From the NCBI GenBank assembly GCA_003427395.1, contig BFEA01000015.1, positions 6,154,978 to 6,218,977 of the forward strand: a stretch of DNA of 64,000 nucleotides. The letters are read 5' to 3'. Numbering within the stretch: the stretch's first letter is position 1; each line of letters starts with the position of its first letter. Source of the stretch: Chara braunii (Eukaryota; Plantae; Charophyceae). Position numbers and translations under genes: made by a program. Shown here piece after piece: positions 22,357 through 36,797 of this stretch. The notes beneath the pieces were generated by a model, which saw nothing but the letters and a program-made list of their open reading frames with translations, did not search any database and was not told where the DNA came from.

Positions 22357-24785
22357 AGCCGAGGACCGGGCCCGGCGTCTCTTATATTTCAAAAAGCCAG
22401 GAAACAAGCCTGGCATCCCTCACAAAAGGTAGGTGGCCCCATCGAAGGGCGAGACATCACCGGTCAAACCCTAAGATCGGACCACTATGTTAAGGCTAAC
22501 CCTAAGATCCATGAATCTTTTGTCAATACTAGCAAAGTACTATTTCTAACACCAAGCCTGCGGAATCCTATTCTCTATGTCTGCAATCCCGCAAACTTAA
22601 TTTCCATTAGCTGCAAACCCCAATCGTCCAACCATAATTTTCACTGATTCAACCACACGGTAGGTTCGATAACAACAACTAGTTTCTATAGGCCAACAAA
22701 ATCAGCAAGCCAACATAAACCTATTCGCATTGCTACCTGCAATCCCGCAAACCTCATTCCCCATGGGTGCAAAAGTCAGGTGTCCAACCCTAGTTTTCAC
22801 CAACCATAAATTGACAATCACCTACAATTCCACAATCTAATTATTTTCTTTACATAACCATATTCCTCGTCCAAGGCAAACACAATTTCTTCAATCGTTC
22901 AAAACATAATTCCTATTGTCTGCAAGGAATACAGAAGGCAGCAGACGTAAAACAAGCCCTAGTTTCAACAACAAAATACTAGCAAATTACTATTTCTATC
23001 ACCGCAGGCCACCCACAATTGCTCATAGGCAGGATAACCCCGCAGCATCTCCATATCAAGGACCGAAGGACTAAGCCCTCGATCGGTTCCATCGGGTGTG
23101 AATCGGTTATAATCCAGCTGAAACTTTGGCAAATCGCAATGCTCGGATCCCGCTCGTCGAATGTCCACACATCTGCCACCATCCTTCCACGTTCGAACAG
23201 GATTACTAACCCCATTCAGCCGGGACTGGCCCATGGCAAGGGCTCTTCAGACCCTCTTGCAGCGTGTCCCACTTAGTGCCCACACACTCGATCCCCCACA
23301 CTCCCACCACCCCAGCAACAAGCTCTGGCAAAGCACCACCATCTTCTTGAAAGCACCAATCCCCCGTTGCCCAAGCACCGCCCCCGACGGCGCCGACACT
23401 GAGACAGTGTCGCGACATCAACAAAAATTCGAAACAGGCGCCCCGCGCCCGACGCCCCGGCCAGCTTACGCAGCGCTGCGCTAACGCTAACACTTTGGGC
23501 ATTACCACCGTGGTGAGCTCTTGCCAATGCACACTGTCACAACTTTTTTTTTTTTTTTTTTTTGATAGAGTTCTAACTTCTTAGGCGAATTCCTTGGTGA
23601 AGAAGTAGCAAATCAGAGTAAGGTCTGATCCATCGCAATCACATAGCCAATCACGCATGTCATGCACAATACTGCAAATATGTGAACAATCTCGAAACTG
23701 GTCTTCGTATGTCCATCCTGCGGGAGACACTCATTTGTTGAAAATTACCAATGATCAGGATCGTATAGTAGCAAGAGTGAACTTGTGCAAGGATTCATTT
23801 TGGCCCAACCTCCTTAAACCGCTAGTACACGGCCCCAGCCTTGCATAAAGTTTTTGTCGCCACAAACAAAACTCGGAGGCGCCTCACCACCAGGGGCACC
23901 GTTAAAAATAAAAATCGGCGGCCACCGAAGCGATGAGGGTTTCATGCTGACACTTGCAGGCCTATCTATGCTGTAATTGTGCTTCAAGAATTAACGCAGA
24001 TTGCCTCTTTCTGATAAGGTCCCCCAAAACATACAGGAAGAGGTATTTCAACAGCCTCTTTTGACAATAGACGGATCATAGACTCACAGGGAGGGATACT
24101 TCGTTGTATGGGTTCATGCTGACACCTGCGGGCCTATGTGTGGTGTAATTGTGCTTTAAGAATTAACGCAGATTGCCTCTTTCCGATAAGGTCCCCCAAA
24201 ACATACAGGAAGAGGTATTTCAACAGCCTCTTTTAACAATAGACGGATCATAGACTCACAGGGAGGGATACTTCATTGTATGGGTTCTCTATGGCGGGGG
24301 AAGGTGAAGAATGAAGTTCTAAGAGTTGGAGATATTTAGTGCAGGGACGCAAATGATTGGTGGTCCTTCCTAGATATCCAACCTCGTCTTCGGTATTGTC
24401 ATAACTTATTGCAACATGGAGACCTTGATCAAGATGATCCCTTTGGACTGGATCTGAGTTCTTCGGAGATGACCCACATTGCAAATCAGTGATTGGGTGA
24501 CCATACAAGATCACCAAAGCCAGGTAGGTAATGTGGTAGAAATACACCGGATAGGGAAGTCCTCCTTTCCATATTTACACTGTGTTAAGATTATGCACTG
24601 AGAGAATTTCATCCAAAGGAGAGCAGATGTTTATCTCCTTACCAAGTATATATCAGAATATTAAAAACTAAGGATCAATGCTTACTCTTCCGGTTTACCA
24701 CATCAATTGATAATTTGGTCTTAGATCCTATTGGCTGCACTTTGACTAGTTCAGTGGGTCATGGAGGCGGTATACTTAATCCTTA

Positions 24786-25123
24786 AGCAACCATTTTGTC
24801 AAAGTGCCATTTTGAAAATGAACTTTTTTTTTTTTTGAACGAATTGAAACCGATTCAATTGACCTAAAAAATATTAAAATTTTTAGCTAATGAGGATTTG
24901 GCGTTCTTAAAACGTTGTACCCCCTGGACTTCAGTTACGTCCAGATATATAAGAACGTCGGACTCGCTGCACTCCAGCTAAGTGCAGAAACATTTAGGGG
25001 GTACGACATTTTAAGAATGTCAGACCCTAAAAAACTAAAAACTAAGATATTTTTCTTGCCAATTTAGTCGGTTTGAATTTCGTTCGAAAAATAAAAAACG
25101 TTTATTTTGATGCAATGGTTATT
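24786..25123. mobile_element. Decayed fold-back MITE related to 299-519
   Basis: Ends agcaaccattttgtcaaa / ttttgatgcaatggttatt; flanks ctta / ttta; inner inverted aaaacgttgtacccc / ggggtacgacatttt. Confidence 0.75.
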
Positions 25124-25253
25124 TTTACAAAACTTGTAAGTTAAATCAACATACTGAATGCTCGGACCTAACGTGCACCTGGAAGATTAAGTGGATGACA
25201 GGTGGATGCGTTATCTTAATATTAGCAAAGAGACCATGCATCTTACTATAAAG

Positions 25254-25787
25254 CTATGTAGAAAATCCGGATATCGGGCAGGCCATTTTATCCGGAATTT
25301 TCAATCCGGATGAAAATTCCGGATTAATTCCGGATAAATTCCGGATATGGAAAAATCCGGCCCTGTGCAAAACATTTTTTTTACCGAAAAAAAAAAAAAA
25401 AAATTCAAAAAATTCTGGAAAAAACGTATGTTGTTTACATCAACGATACAAACAACTTTTGGCCTGAGGCCATTGTTGATATCTCAACAGATAAGAAGAT
25501 AAAAATATAAAACAGAAAAAGAAAATAATATTTGGATAAAAAATTATAAAACGAATCAAGCATCCCCCCTCTAAACCCCTTCATTCAACCCTTCCATGAC
25601 TTATCAAGCTTTTTATGAAATTGGAACATAGTTCTATTGTATTTTGCATTCGCAATATTACTTTTTTTTTTTTTTTTTTTTTTTGGCTATTTTTTTAATC
25701 ATCCGGATTTCCGGATAATCCTAGCCCCCGATAATCCGGCCAGATAATCCGACCAGATTATCCGGCCAGGTATGCCATGCTACATAG
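25254..25787. mobile_element. Non-autonomous TIR element with 8-bp TSD CTATAAAG and ATCCGG subterminal repeats
   Basis: TIR CTATGTAG / CTACATAG; TSD at 25246-25253 and 25788-25795. Confidence 0.8.
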
Positions 25788-26654
25788 CTATAAAGGGTTT
25801 GGTACCTTAGAGGTAGAAACAAATAAGATAGTATCTCTACAATGACAGTTGAATTATCACTGTTTACCTACTTATGACTAGATTATTGAAAATTTTTCTA
25901 TTAGACAAATGGGATTTACTTTACCGTCGTGCAAGTTTTGTTCAACTGCGTTCCCAGCCCGTTTTGAGCATATTTTTCCTCAATTTTTTAGGGGTAGTTG
26001 CTTATGAAGGTGGTGGGACAAGATTTGGAACTAGTTGGGAATATCACAGAAGTGTTCATGGGAATGTCGAGCACTGCGTTTTGAAACATGGCAACCACTT
26101 TAGATGGGTACATTTACGCAAAACCTCTTTAAATATAGTAAAAGGGCTATCATCCGAGCTCTTTGGAGACAAAGATATACTCAACAAGCACTTCGGGAAA
26201 ACTGGATCAAGACAAACGTTGATTTTGCAAAATTGTGGAATCCTTCTTCCAAAAACTAGTTTTCAGCAAAACACAGTTAGACCTATGATTTACGTGTCAC
26301 CATAGCATCACTAAAAACATGTTTCCAACAAACCATAGAAACTTAGGAGAACAAACATCAACATAAAAATAGTTATTCGAAAACTTTGGAAGACATCCAT
26401 CAGTATGGTGCAAATGATAGATAAACCCAGTAGACAACATACACAAGGAAATAGAGAGTCATGGCTCACTGCTTGTTTTCCAGAAACAAATATTGTAGCG
26501 CATTTATTTTATTTACAGCCTTTAAGTGTTTGAATTGTGCAACAGGCACAAGAGCAAAGGAGCCAATTATTAAATGTCACCATCAAACCTCTACATAAGC
26601 AAGTGCAAATATCCCGGTACCTCCTCCGCCTCTGCCCTCTTCCTATAGTCGCCC

Positions 26655-28850
26655 CCATGATTCAATTACATATTCAAGTCTCGCCTATGTACATAATCGA
26701 CACGATTATGTAATCAATTCGATTACGGGGAAGATGGCAAAGATGGGGGAGATAGCGGTAGCGACGGAGGAGATGGCAGCAACGGGGCTGATGGCGGCAG
26801 CAGAAGGGGAGATGGTGGCGGTAGAGGAGGGGATAGTGAAGATGGAAAAGATAGCGGTGGGGGGGATCCTCGTTGTCGTCACGATCTTCCCCACTGCTAC
26901 TACTACCAGCCCCACCTCCACCACCTCCCTCTCTGCCATCTCTCCTTCCACCAACGTCGTCTTCCTTGCTGCCACCATCTCCCCTTTTGCTACGGCGTCC
27001 CCCCCTCTGCCCTTCCCTCCTTCGTCTTCGTTATCTTCCCTGTTGTCGCTGCCATAGCGGTGGCGCCACAAATGTAGGTGGTGGGGACGATGGAGGTGGT
27101 GGGGGAGGATGGCGGCGAGGGAGATGGAAGCGGCGGCGGGGAAGATGGTAGTAGGGGGAGATGGTGGAGATGGAGGAGATGGCCAGACTCTGCCAGAGCA
27201 CCTGCATCTCCCTTGCTGCTACCTCCATTTCCCTTGTCGTCGCTGCCATCTTCCCTGCTACCCACCTTCACCGTCATCTTCCTCTTTGTGTCGTCTTTCC
27301 CTACACACCCATTATCTTCCCCGCCTTTACCGTCTTTCTCGGTGCCGCCACCATTTTCCCCCCTTATCATCATTTCACCCTTTGCGGTGGCAACAGGGGA
27401 GATGGCGGGCACGATGGAGATGGTTGAGGCGGAGGGGAAGACGGTGGAGGCAAAGGACGACATGGAGGGGTGGTGGCAGGGAGATGGCTTAGGGGGAGAT
27501 GATGCCCTTGAGGGAGATCGTGTTTGTGTGTGCGTGTGTATGTTATCGCCACAGAGCTTCACTTCACACCACATGTGAGAAAGAAATCAATTACATAATG
27601 AGTTTCATTTTTACAGAAGGCATGTTGAAATATAATCGATTACATAATCAATCGTATTTCAGTGTATGCCAAATAAAATCGACTACGTAACCGGTTTTGT
27701 TTTCAGCAACATTTATATTAAATATATATATGTTGTATGGCGCAAGCAACATTTGCATAAGCGCCATCATGAACATCTTATTCAATTCTTGAGAAAAATG
27801 AATAAAAAATAAAAAACAAACAATGGGGAGAAAAGAAGAGGTTAGCACCCTCAACTATCCTTGTTTGTTTTTCGTCTTTCATTGTTTCGCCAAGATTTGA
27901 ATAAGAATTATGGGATGGCGCACGCAAATGTTGCTTGTATGAGACGCTCAATGACATATATTATTTTCATATTTTTTGGAGATTCCTTTTCTTTTTTTTC
28001 CCCTGCTTGCGTGATTTTATTACATAATCGATTCGGCAGGCGGAAGAAAAAAAAAACAAGCAAACATCCTTAATTTCTCACTCAAATCTTTGAAAAATAA
28101 TTAAAAAAACAAAAAACAAACCATAGGCAAAAAACAAAAGCATCTCCCAACCCCATTGTTTGTTTTTCGTTCCCCCTCCCCCCCCTCCCCCCCGGAGATT
28201 GAATAAAAATTTTGGGATAGCGCTTAAGCAAATGTTGCTTGTATTGACATGCTGCACAATATATGTTTTTTTTAACTTTTTTAGATTTTTGGGATTTTTT
28301 TTTTTTTTTTTTGAGACTGCATGCTTCGATTACGTAATAACGACGGGTGATGAAAGATGGCGGAGGGCGGAGGGCAAGAAGCGGCAGAAGGCGGAAAGTG
28401 GTGGAGGGGGGAAAGTGACACAAAGCGGAAAGCAACGCACATCTGAAAGCAGTGCACCACGGGAAGCGAAGGAGGGCGATGGTTGAAAGCAGTGGAGGGC
28501 GGAAAGTAGTGGAGGCTAGTGGTGATGGCGGGGGGTAACGATGGAGGATAGAGGGCGGGAAGCGACGGAGGATGCTTGGCGGAGAGTGAAAAGAGGAGGG
28601 TGGAAAGTGGCGGGTGATGACGGCAGGAGATGACAGAGGGCGATTCACTGATTGATCGACGATTCGATTACGTAATTAAATAGGTTACATAATCGGATCG
28701 ATGACATACTTGAATCGACTACGCAATCGATTCAGTTGTAATCGATTCAATTACGTAATCGATTCGATTACGTAATCAAATCGATAATTATTCGATGACT
28801 TAATCGATTTGATTACGCAATTGAGTCGAACATGTAATCGCTTATGACTA
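26655..28850. repeat. Region of ATCGATTACGTAAT motif arrays with inverted GA-rich blocks, probably a non-autonomous DNA element
   Basis: Motif clusters at 26660-26730, 27585-27690 and 28650-28845; inverted block 27740-27800 versus 27885-27940. Confidence 0.5.
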
Positions 28851-31689
28851 CCACCCCCTGCCAGTGCCAACCCTCCGTCTTCTACCACTCCGCCCTCTCT
28901 CTGACTTCTTTGATCTCTTTCCCCCATCGTCCATGAGTCCCACTAGCAAAGAGGGTCGGATAAATATCCTGAATCTAGACGTGTTTTAAGCAGAGATGTA
29001 GAAAAGCAGTTCAATCTCAAAATTCTGCACCTTTCCACAAACATAATTGAATTTAATTACTATTACAATATTAATTACTTTCTAGAAATTAAATATGTTA
29101 GCTATTCGAGGAGTTTCCTGCATACATTAGAGTTTTCTATTTCTAGTCACCTAGAAAGTAAGGCAACGAAATTACCTTAGGCGAAAACAATACGCGTTCT
29201 TGCACCTCATGTCACCATGAGGATTGAACCATATCATCACTATTGATAGTTTCCGTGCATCTGGCATATGACCTATGAGGACCGATAGAGACGTGCATCG
29301 AGTGCCTCACCATAAAAAACATTTCACGCAGACCCAAGTATTTTAAATAAGTTCAGATTCAGTTGTTCAATCCAATCCTCTTTGCTAGTGGAGCCTCACC
29401 CTTATGCATCTGAGTTGATATGGGTTGGAATGGTTGGTTGGCGGGTGTGCTTGACCTTGGTTCATTTCAGCTTGATCTAAGTCATTTTTTTTTCCAAGGA
29501 TTTAGGTTGAATAGTAAGAACATAAGCTTGTAATACAGCAACACCTAACTCTAATACAGTTAATGCGAAAACAATTAGAAAAGGTGCAAGATCTTCTCTG
29601 GTATGCAGGTTGCGGTTTACTAAGATTTAAAGTTTAGATTTGTCACCTAGCATACGGGTCAAGAGGTATAATTTCCAGTCTTTTACTGCCAAATACTCGA
29701 TTCATGTGATGTCATGATATGTTCCATACGGATGCTAGACCCATTTCCAGCAGGTGATGCTCCCCACCAAGTTGCCTCAAACAGAGGAAAAGAAAACAAA
29801 AAAGCGGCACCACACCACTTGTTGTTGTCGTATCTGCGCGAGTCTGCTTCCTGCCATAATATTGTGTTTGGAGTTTATGAATGATTTTCTATTTTGCTGG
29901 AGATTTTTCAGTCTTTTCAGTTTATTTTATTTTGGTTTTAGATTTAGATACACGTTCTTGAGTATTTATTTTTTATTTTATTTAAAAAATATAGTCTTCT
30001 CTCAATTTCACCTCACACTACCTACCTGCCACTACTCCTAATTGTAGGCATACGGGAAACCCCGTAGCATCCAAAACTGTGTACTTGAGTATTGGACATA
30101 GTATGGTTCTTCAGTCTGTGTGAAACGCTTTTTGGAGTGTGTTGGAGATTTTTCAGTCTGTTCAGTTTAGTTTATTTTGATTTTGGATTTAGATTCACGT
30201 TTTTTAGTATTGGACATATAATGGTCCCCGGGTCTTCGTTGTCTCATGGAGCTGCTAGTGACACCCTTCCTCTCTTGGAGCCCCTTTATGTATTTGTCGA
30301 GCCCTGTTCAACAACACCCTTATAGTATGTGTGGCCCATTTGAATGCCTAAAACCCTATACCCTCTTCAACCTCATGCACATGACCTTCATAAGCCTTGA
30401 AGCCTGAAGTGCAAACTGCAGGGCTCGCCTTCCAAGAGTGAGATTTTGCAGGTAGATCTGCTGTTGTAGCCTAATTACTTGCCTATTTGACAGCGTAAGG
30501 TGAATGACAGTAAACTCAAGTTTCAAGAGACGCACTCAACAGGTAGACAGGCAGTAGCCTAGTGTGTGTGGCTAGTCAGGCTAGGGTCATTTGATGCAGG
30601 ACCTTGGGGTGGGACCTCGTGGTGGTTGCTTCGACTTTCCTTCTGATCTCCCATACCGCCTGTGAAGAAGTACCCGAGTCTTAGTCTTAATCATATCTGC
30701 ACTGTTATGTGGTCACGGATGCAACAGAAGCCCAAAGCCAGAACTTATGAGATGCATAATAATAGCCCTTGAGTCACTTTGTTCTCGAGTGAAAGCATCT
30801 TCGGAGGTTGTCATATTCGTTGCTCCCTTCTAAGTCCTAACCGTATTTTGTAACCCTATCGAGGGGTCTGGTCCTTAATAGTTGCTCCTTGTTGCATGTG
30901 GAACTCAGATTCTCCTCCGGTAACTGATGTATCTTACTATTTTAACTGTCCCTCTCCCGGTCAATTATAGCACACCAGGTTACGATGTGTTTCTCTCGGC
31001 ACGATGCGTTTCTCTCGGCCCCTGTACCAAGAGGCGCATAGTTGCCTGGACGTCTTCTGGATCCCCTGAGATGTCGTTCGTAACTGAAGTGGACGTCTTC
31101 TGGATCCCTCTAAGATGTTGTTTTTAGCGGTCGGTCAGGGAGCTGCCAATGCAGGATGAGGGATGACCTGGGTGGCGAGTGGCTAAGCTGGGCCAGGGCG
31201 GTGAAGGGATAGGTTGAAAAGGGTAATCGGGGGCAGGAAAGGAGGGTGCAGGGTTGGATGGTAGCAGTGAGGGGGAGGGAGGCATGAGGCGGCTGGAGAG
31301 TCCTCTGGGAAAGTGGAGGGCTGGGGGNNNNNNNNNNNNNNNNNNNNNNNNNNNNNNNNNNNNNNNNNNNNNNNNNNNNNNNNNNNNNNNNNNNNNNNNN
31401 NNNNNNNNNNNNNNNNNNNNNNNNNNNNNNNNNNNNNNNNNNNNNNNNNNNNNNNNNNNNNNNNNNNNNNNNNNNNNNNNNNNNNNNNNNNNNNNNNNNN
31501 NNNNNNNNNNNNNNNNNNNNNNNNNNNNNNNNNNNNNNNNNNNNNNNNNNNNNNNNNNNNNNNNNNNNNNNNNNNNNNNNNNNNNNNNNNNNNNNNNNNN
31601 NNNNNNGGGGGGGGGATTGTGACCAGGAAGAGTGGAGGGGGCAAGACCCAACCCCCACGGGCCGAACTCGCTCTCCTGGGGTCTAGCAT

Positions 31690-34600
31690 ACTTATGTTAG
31701 CACACTTTTGGGCTGACCTGGTGGTGGCGTCGGGAATGACTCGGTTGATCTGTAAGTCCATAGCCTGTCTTGTGTCGCCCACTTCTTCCATGTCAGCCTT
31801 CCGTCGTTCTGCACCTCAGCCATTTCAAGTTTGTGATTCAGGTCTATCCATTTTGCTGCGAAGGCCGCTATCAGTTTTTGTCTGTTGTCTTGGTCAGGAC
31901 TCAAGGGTTGTACCTACCTTTTTTATTAGGTTTTTACTAGCTTTCGGCATATTTGCCCTGATCACCTCAAGAAGCTCGGCCTTGGCTTGATGAAATCCAA
32001 AGGCCTCGTCTTGGCGCTCGCTGCTCTGCTGAACACCTCATCCTCCAGATGACCATGAGAATGACAAGTCTCATGTACTTGAAAAAGTTGTATTGGAAGG
32101 GTGTCCAAGTGGGGAGGAAACTTCTTTTTTTCCCCAGTAGAATGAGGGCAATGTTCCATGGAAACGGTGAGTCTGTTAGGTTACCCCACATCACATCCCA
32201 CCATTGCCAAACATGCACTGCCATGGGATATGCCAACGGCCAGTGTTCCAGGTCAGCCCGTCTACGTTGTGCACCCTCTCCGCAGCGGGAGCATATGGGT
32301 GATATGACTCCTGTTTGTTCCAAGTTAGTGCGTGAGGTTATCCTGTCCGGTGTCGGGAGGCAGTGGTGTATAATTTGCCACTGCAACGCCCCATGTGATG
32401 TTGGCATTATATGAGCATATGTGGACCAGGGGATATGGTGTAGTTCCCCATGTTTCAACGGTGAATCCCGCATCCATCATGTTTGGATCACCGGAGTGGA
32501 GGATTGTGGTTTAGGCGCGTGTTTGTAACCCCCTCGTATAGCCAGATTGGCATGGGTTTCCGACCTTTCCAAACCCATTCGTCTGGTTCAAACACGAGCG
32601 CGGCCACTGGGGTAGACATTTCATAGGCAAAGTAGCCAGTGTCACCGTTACCCACCACCCTTACCCTAATCAAATCTCCCACAGGGTACATTCTGGCTAG
32701 TTTGGGGTCCCTTTTCAGGCAAGCCCACCTCGCCCCCGGGACATTTAGTTCATATGCACGGAGGTGTGCTACTTGCCGTGTGCAGCGAGCCACCCTAAAG
32801 ATGGTCATGGGGATGGGGTTTCGGGTGCTCTTCGTTACCCAATCCAGACTGCAGATCATGGAACCCTCTTGTAGGGCAGCCACCCACGAAGGCGGAATTG
32901 CGCTATGGATGAGGTCCAGCTTATACTGAGTTTTTCTGATGTACTTTAGGTTTGGTTGCAATTGCTGCACAGTCTGCCATGCACCCCTCTGGCTATCCCA
33001 GAGATCCCCAATACAGTATAAGTCGTTCCTCACCCATGTGAGCCAGTGGGAATTGGCAGTCAGGGAGAGCAGCGAACCTGTTTCGTCACATACACCGGGG
33101 TTGCCAAACAGTGGCTGCCGCCATATCTCTTGCCACCTCAAAGGAGGCGGATTCTTGGCCGGGCCCATTTCCCTCCACAATTGCAATATCGCAGTCCACC
33201 ACGGGTCATATTTAAGATCTCATCTTACACTGTTGTGAACTGTTCCGTTGATCTTATGGTGTGAGGGACCCGGCACAGTCCAAACCTTGTTTGTTAGCCA
33301 TTGGAGGGGGTGGACTGGGGCTTCAGGGTGGGAGGGAGGGACCACTGTCTTTAGGCATTTCGTTAGCTTGTGATACTTTCTCCATAAGTACGTTGACAGC
33401 GCTGCTCGGAGATGCAGACTAGGAAGATGCTTTTTTGGAATTTCCCAAAAGGTCATTTTATACTAGATAGTAGACAATACAACGTTGTTTATGGCCAACG
33501 CTCTCCCAACCAGCGATATGTGGAGACGATCTCACTTAGCCAGTCTTTGTAGTGCCATTTGTACAAGTGTCTGGTCATGATATCTTGGGGCACCTTTAGC
33601 CGTAAGGTGGATCCCAAAAAAAATTATGGCTTCTTGCCTTGGGCGCCAATTAACCAGCGGCTGTTGCGGTGGTTGGGTGTCCCACGAGGCAAGCCACTAT
33701 CCTTCTGTCTTTGTCCTTCAATTAACCTTCATATCCGTTGCAACCACAAATGTTTGGATAGTGTCAGTTAGTGTTTGTAAAGACGCCACCGAGGCCCGAA
33801 TGAGGACCGTGAAGTCATCAGCAAACAAGGACGTCAAAGGCACCATATGGGGGGCTAGTTCAGGAATGTCAATGTGGTTTATGGCCGGGTTGCTTCTGAT
33901 CGTTGCCGCCAGTGCCTCCATGACCAGTACGAAGAGTAGAGGGGTCACCAGGTCCCCTTGCCTAATCGATCTCTGCAATGGGAATGGAGGGGATAAGTGT
34001 CCATTAACCATGATATTTGTGGTTGTTGACCTGTGCATGATGGATACCCATGCTCTGAAGTTATCCCCAAAGTTCATTTTGAGCAGACGATAGTCCAGGA
34101 AGTCCCAATCCACACGGTCAAATGCTTTTCCAAAGTCTATGAACAGGACGGCGACTTCCTTATGGTGCTGTCTAGCGTACTTTATAGTTTCATTCACTAG
34201 GAGGACATTATCCTGTATGTTCCTTTGCGGCATGAACCCAATCCGATCTTGAAAGATGTTGAAAGATGAGGTGGTTCATATGAGGGAGCAGTCGGTTGGT
34301 AAGGGCTTTGGAGACCATATTATGTGGGAGCGGAAGGAGTGTGATCGGACGGTAGTTCCAGATATCTTCCTTATCTCCTTTCTTATACAGCAACGTAGTT
34401 ACTTCTTGACTAATCAGTCCTTCGAAGGTTCCTTCCTTTTGCACTGCGTTAACATAGGACTCAATGCTCCCTTGAAATATGTTCCAGTGTTGGAGCCAGA
34501 ACTCCTTGGGAAAAGAGTCCAATCCTGGGGTCTTTTCGCCCTCCATCCCTTTCAGGGCTTCTAGTAGTTCGTCTATGGTTGATGGTTCTTCGAGCTGCTG

Positions 34601-35125
34601 ACTTTGTTGTGAGGACAGCATTGTTGGGAGGTGTTGGAGCATCGTGTGTCTTGCTACGGCAACGTGCCGGGCTCCCCATCGGTCCGACTCTGAAGCATAC
34701 AGCTTTTGGTAGAACCGGGCAGGGTAGTCCACTATGGTATATGCTTTGGTCGCTTTTGGAAGGGAATGGTCAAAGGGGTGGGGAAGAGAAGATACTGATG
34801 CCTGCCTTGCTCTTGCTTTGGCCTTTCGAAAGAATGTCTTTGCCACCGTCCCATCCGTGTCTTGTTTTCTTATTCGGGCTTGGATGCGCCATGCTTCGGC
34901 CTGTCAGTGAGCGTCAAGATAGAATTGAAGATGATCTCTTGCCGCTAAGATAGAATCTTTGGGATAGCCAGAGCCTTGCAGTCTGTGGTAGCGGTAGGCC
35001 GTATCATCCAAGGGATCAGATTGCAGTTTATTGTCCCAATTCTCTAATTCCTTCAGAAATTTGTCCAGTATAGCCTTGCGTTCTCGCGCATGGAAGATAG
35101 AGAATCTTTTAATTCTATCTCTCAA
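31690..35125 (-). mobile_element. Second L1/Tx1-like LINE ORF2 pseudogene, same family as 17270-21860
   Basis: KTPGLDSF, NYRPITLL, FIDFGKAFDRV, RQGD, LFADD, CSRC...EH. Confidence 0.92.
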
Positions 35126-35458
35126 TTACTGGCCTCAGCCTATTAGGGGGAGTGGTATGAGCATCCTTCCCTAGTAGGCCTCCCGCTGGTCGCTCCGTTC
35201 TATAGGCGGGGAGCCGCACCTGTGGAAACCAGGTCTAGCATCCCAGATACACTTACCGGGACCATTACCCTGCTTCGGCTGCTGAGTTCTGAGAACAACT
35301 GAGTGGGCCCTGATGCCTCTTCACCCTACTACTAGGTGCCTGGCCGATGCTTTCGCCTGGCTGTGTGCTTCTCTGGTCCCACGTCTTCAGTAGTACACCC
35401 TTCAGTGTAGCATCCCTGGTCGCACTGCTCAAGGCTGCAATTTTTTTAAATATTTATT

Positions 35459-35491
<33 letters not shown>

Positions 35492-36049
35492 TTTTGGTGT
35501 GTGTGTGTGGCTACATCTTCAGCGCATCCAGTCACATCTTGGATGGCTCTTTTAGGGTCATGTAACTATCTCATGTGGGTGGCTGCAAAAATGCGCTACC
35601 ATCTTATGGGAAAGGGTTGTTGCAGTGAGGTGTGTCGTTGGGGGCCGTGATGGGTGGGAAGGGAGAGGGGGGAGAGAGAAAGGTGCTGGCCATGTGCTGG
35701 CATCTCAACTGTTTGTTTTTGTTGCAGTACGTCAGGGCCCAGTGGGGACCACCACAGCACAAACTCATGTGAAACATCCTGGACTGTGACTAGTGGGGGC
35801 CATCACACGCATGCTTGCGATAAGAAAGGACGTTGCCCAGCCACAGTATCCGATGAGCAAACGCAAAGACCCTATCTTCAGAACATTTTTTTGCTTTCTT
35901 TTGAAATTTTCTTCCCCTGAGAAAATGTGGGCCCACTGTGCTGAAGACTTGGTATGCAGTTTGACCAGGTTCTCTGTACCTCGAATGACCAGTATAATGT
36001 ATGCAGAGGTAAATTTAAAGGGGTCAGAAAAGAAGCTGGAGATTGTGTG

Positions 36050-36740
36050 TAAAAAAAAAAAAAGCCCTTGTGTATGCCCTCTATCCCGGCGGTGGTAAGA
36101 GAACCGTCCCGGCCGGATGCTAGGTGCGCTGATAAGAGCAGACACCTCTAGCGTCGCCAGGGAGGCTCCATCTATTGGTGGGGAGCGGCACCTGCTGGAA
36201 ATCGGGTCCAGCGTCCCTGGGAATTGAGGGTTTCTCTGTCGGGCTGCTCCATCTATTGGTGGGGAGCGGCACCTGCTTGAAACCGGGTCCAGCGTCCCAT
36301 TGATACATCTTATAACACAGAGATTGCTGTTTGTTATTTTCCCGGGGCTGTGGCCTTTCCTCTTTTCAGCCCGGGGCTCCGTTGTCCCATGAGGTTCTCA
36401 CTAGCAAAGAGGCTTGGATTTGGTGCCTGAATCCTTTGCTAGTGGGACCTTGCTCCTGGGGCCAGCTACTGGGTGCACTGTTGAGGGGATTGGAAAAGCA
36501 AAATAAGTGATTTAGAAACCTAAAGAAATGGTAGTAGAAGCTCTTCCCCCGATTTTTTGAAAAGCAGGTCAGGAAAACGAAGCGCATCTGGCACAGTGTG
36601 TGTGCATGGCCGGTGCATGCAGCAATGCGTTGAAAACCGTGGCGGCAGACAGAACAACCGTGGACACGAAGACCACTGTCAAAGTTCCGTCGCCTGGTAC
36701 CTGGCCTACCCATCACTGGGCTTTTGCCTGACGGCCAGCG
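36050..36740 (-). mobile_element. LINE 3'-end fragment with duplicated 3' UTR motif
   Basis: Two reverse-complement copies of the gggacgctggaccc...ggagc motif (36160-36300) and the ttaccaccgccgggatag terminal segment. Confidence 0.65.
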
Positions 36741-36759
36741 CCCCCCCCCTCCCCCAAAC

Positions 36760-36797
36760 CTGTCTCTTATACACATCTAGATGTGTATAAGAGACAG
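36760..36797. other. Nextera mate-pair junction adapter (assembly artefact)
   Basis: Exact CTGTCTCTTATACACATCT+AGATGTGTATAAGAGACAG (two Tn5 mosaic ends) next to a gap. Confidence 0.98.

Larger units (their letters stand above)
16381..24300. mobile_element. DNA element with ~430-bp terminal inverted repeats (CCCCCGCCAT...ATGGCGGGGG), carrying nested insertions
   Basis: 16381-16807 is the reverse complement of 23702-24300. The right TIR has a ~173-bp tandem duplication. No transposase or TSD recognised. Confidence 0.8.

Noticed and set aside
24301-26305. Host exons at ~24301-24522 and ~25990-26107
   Set aside because: Plausible splice-like borders, but the first has in-frame stops and neither has recognisable homology.
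36760-36797. Tn5/IS50 mosaic-end inverted repeat as a bacterial transposon or horizontal transfer
   Set aside because: It is the exact Nextera mate-pair junction adapter beside a gap, so a library artefact.
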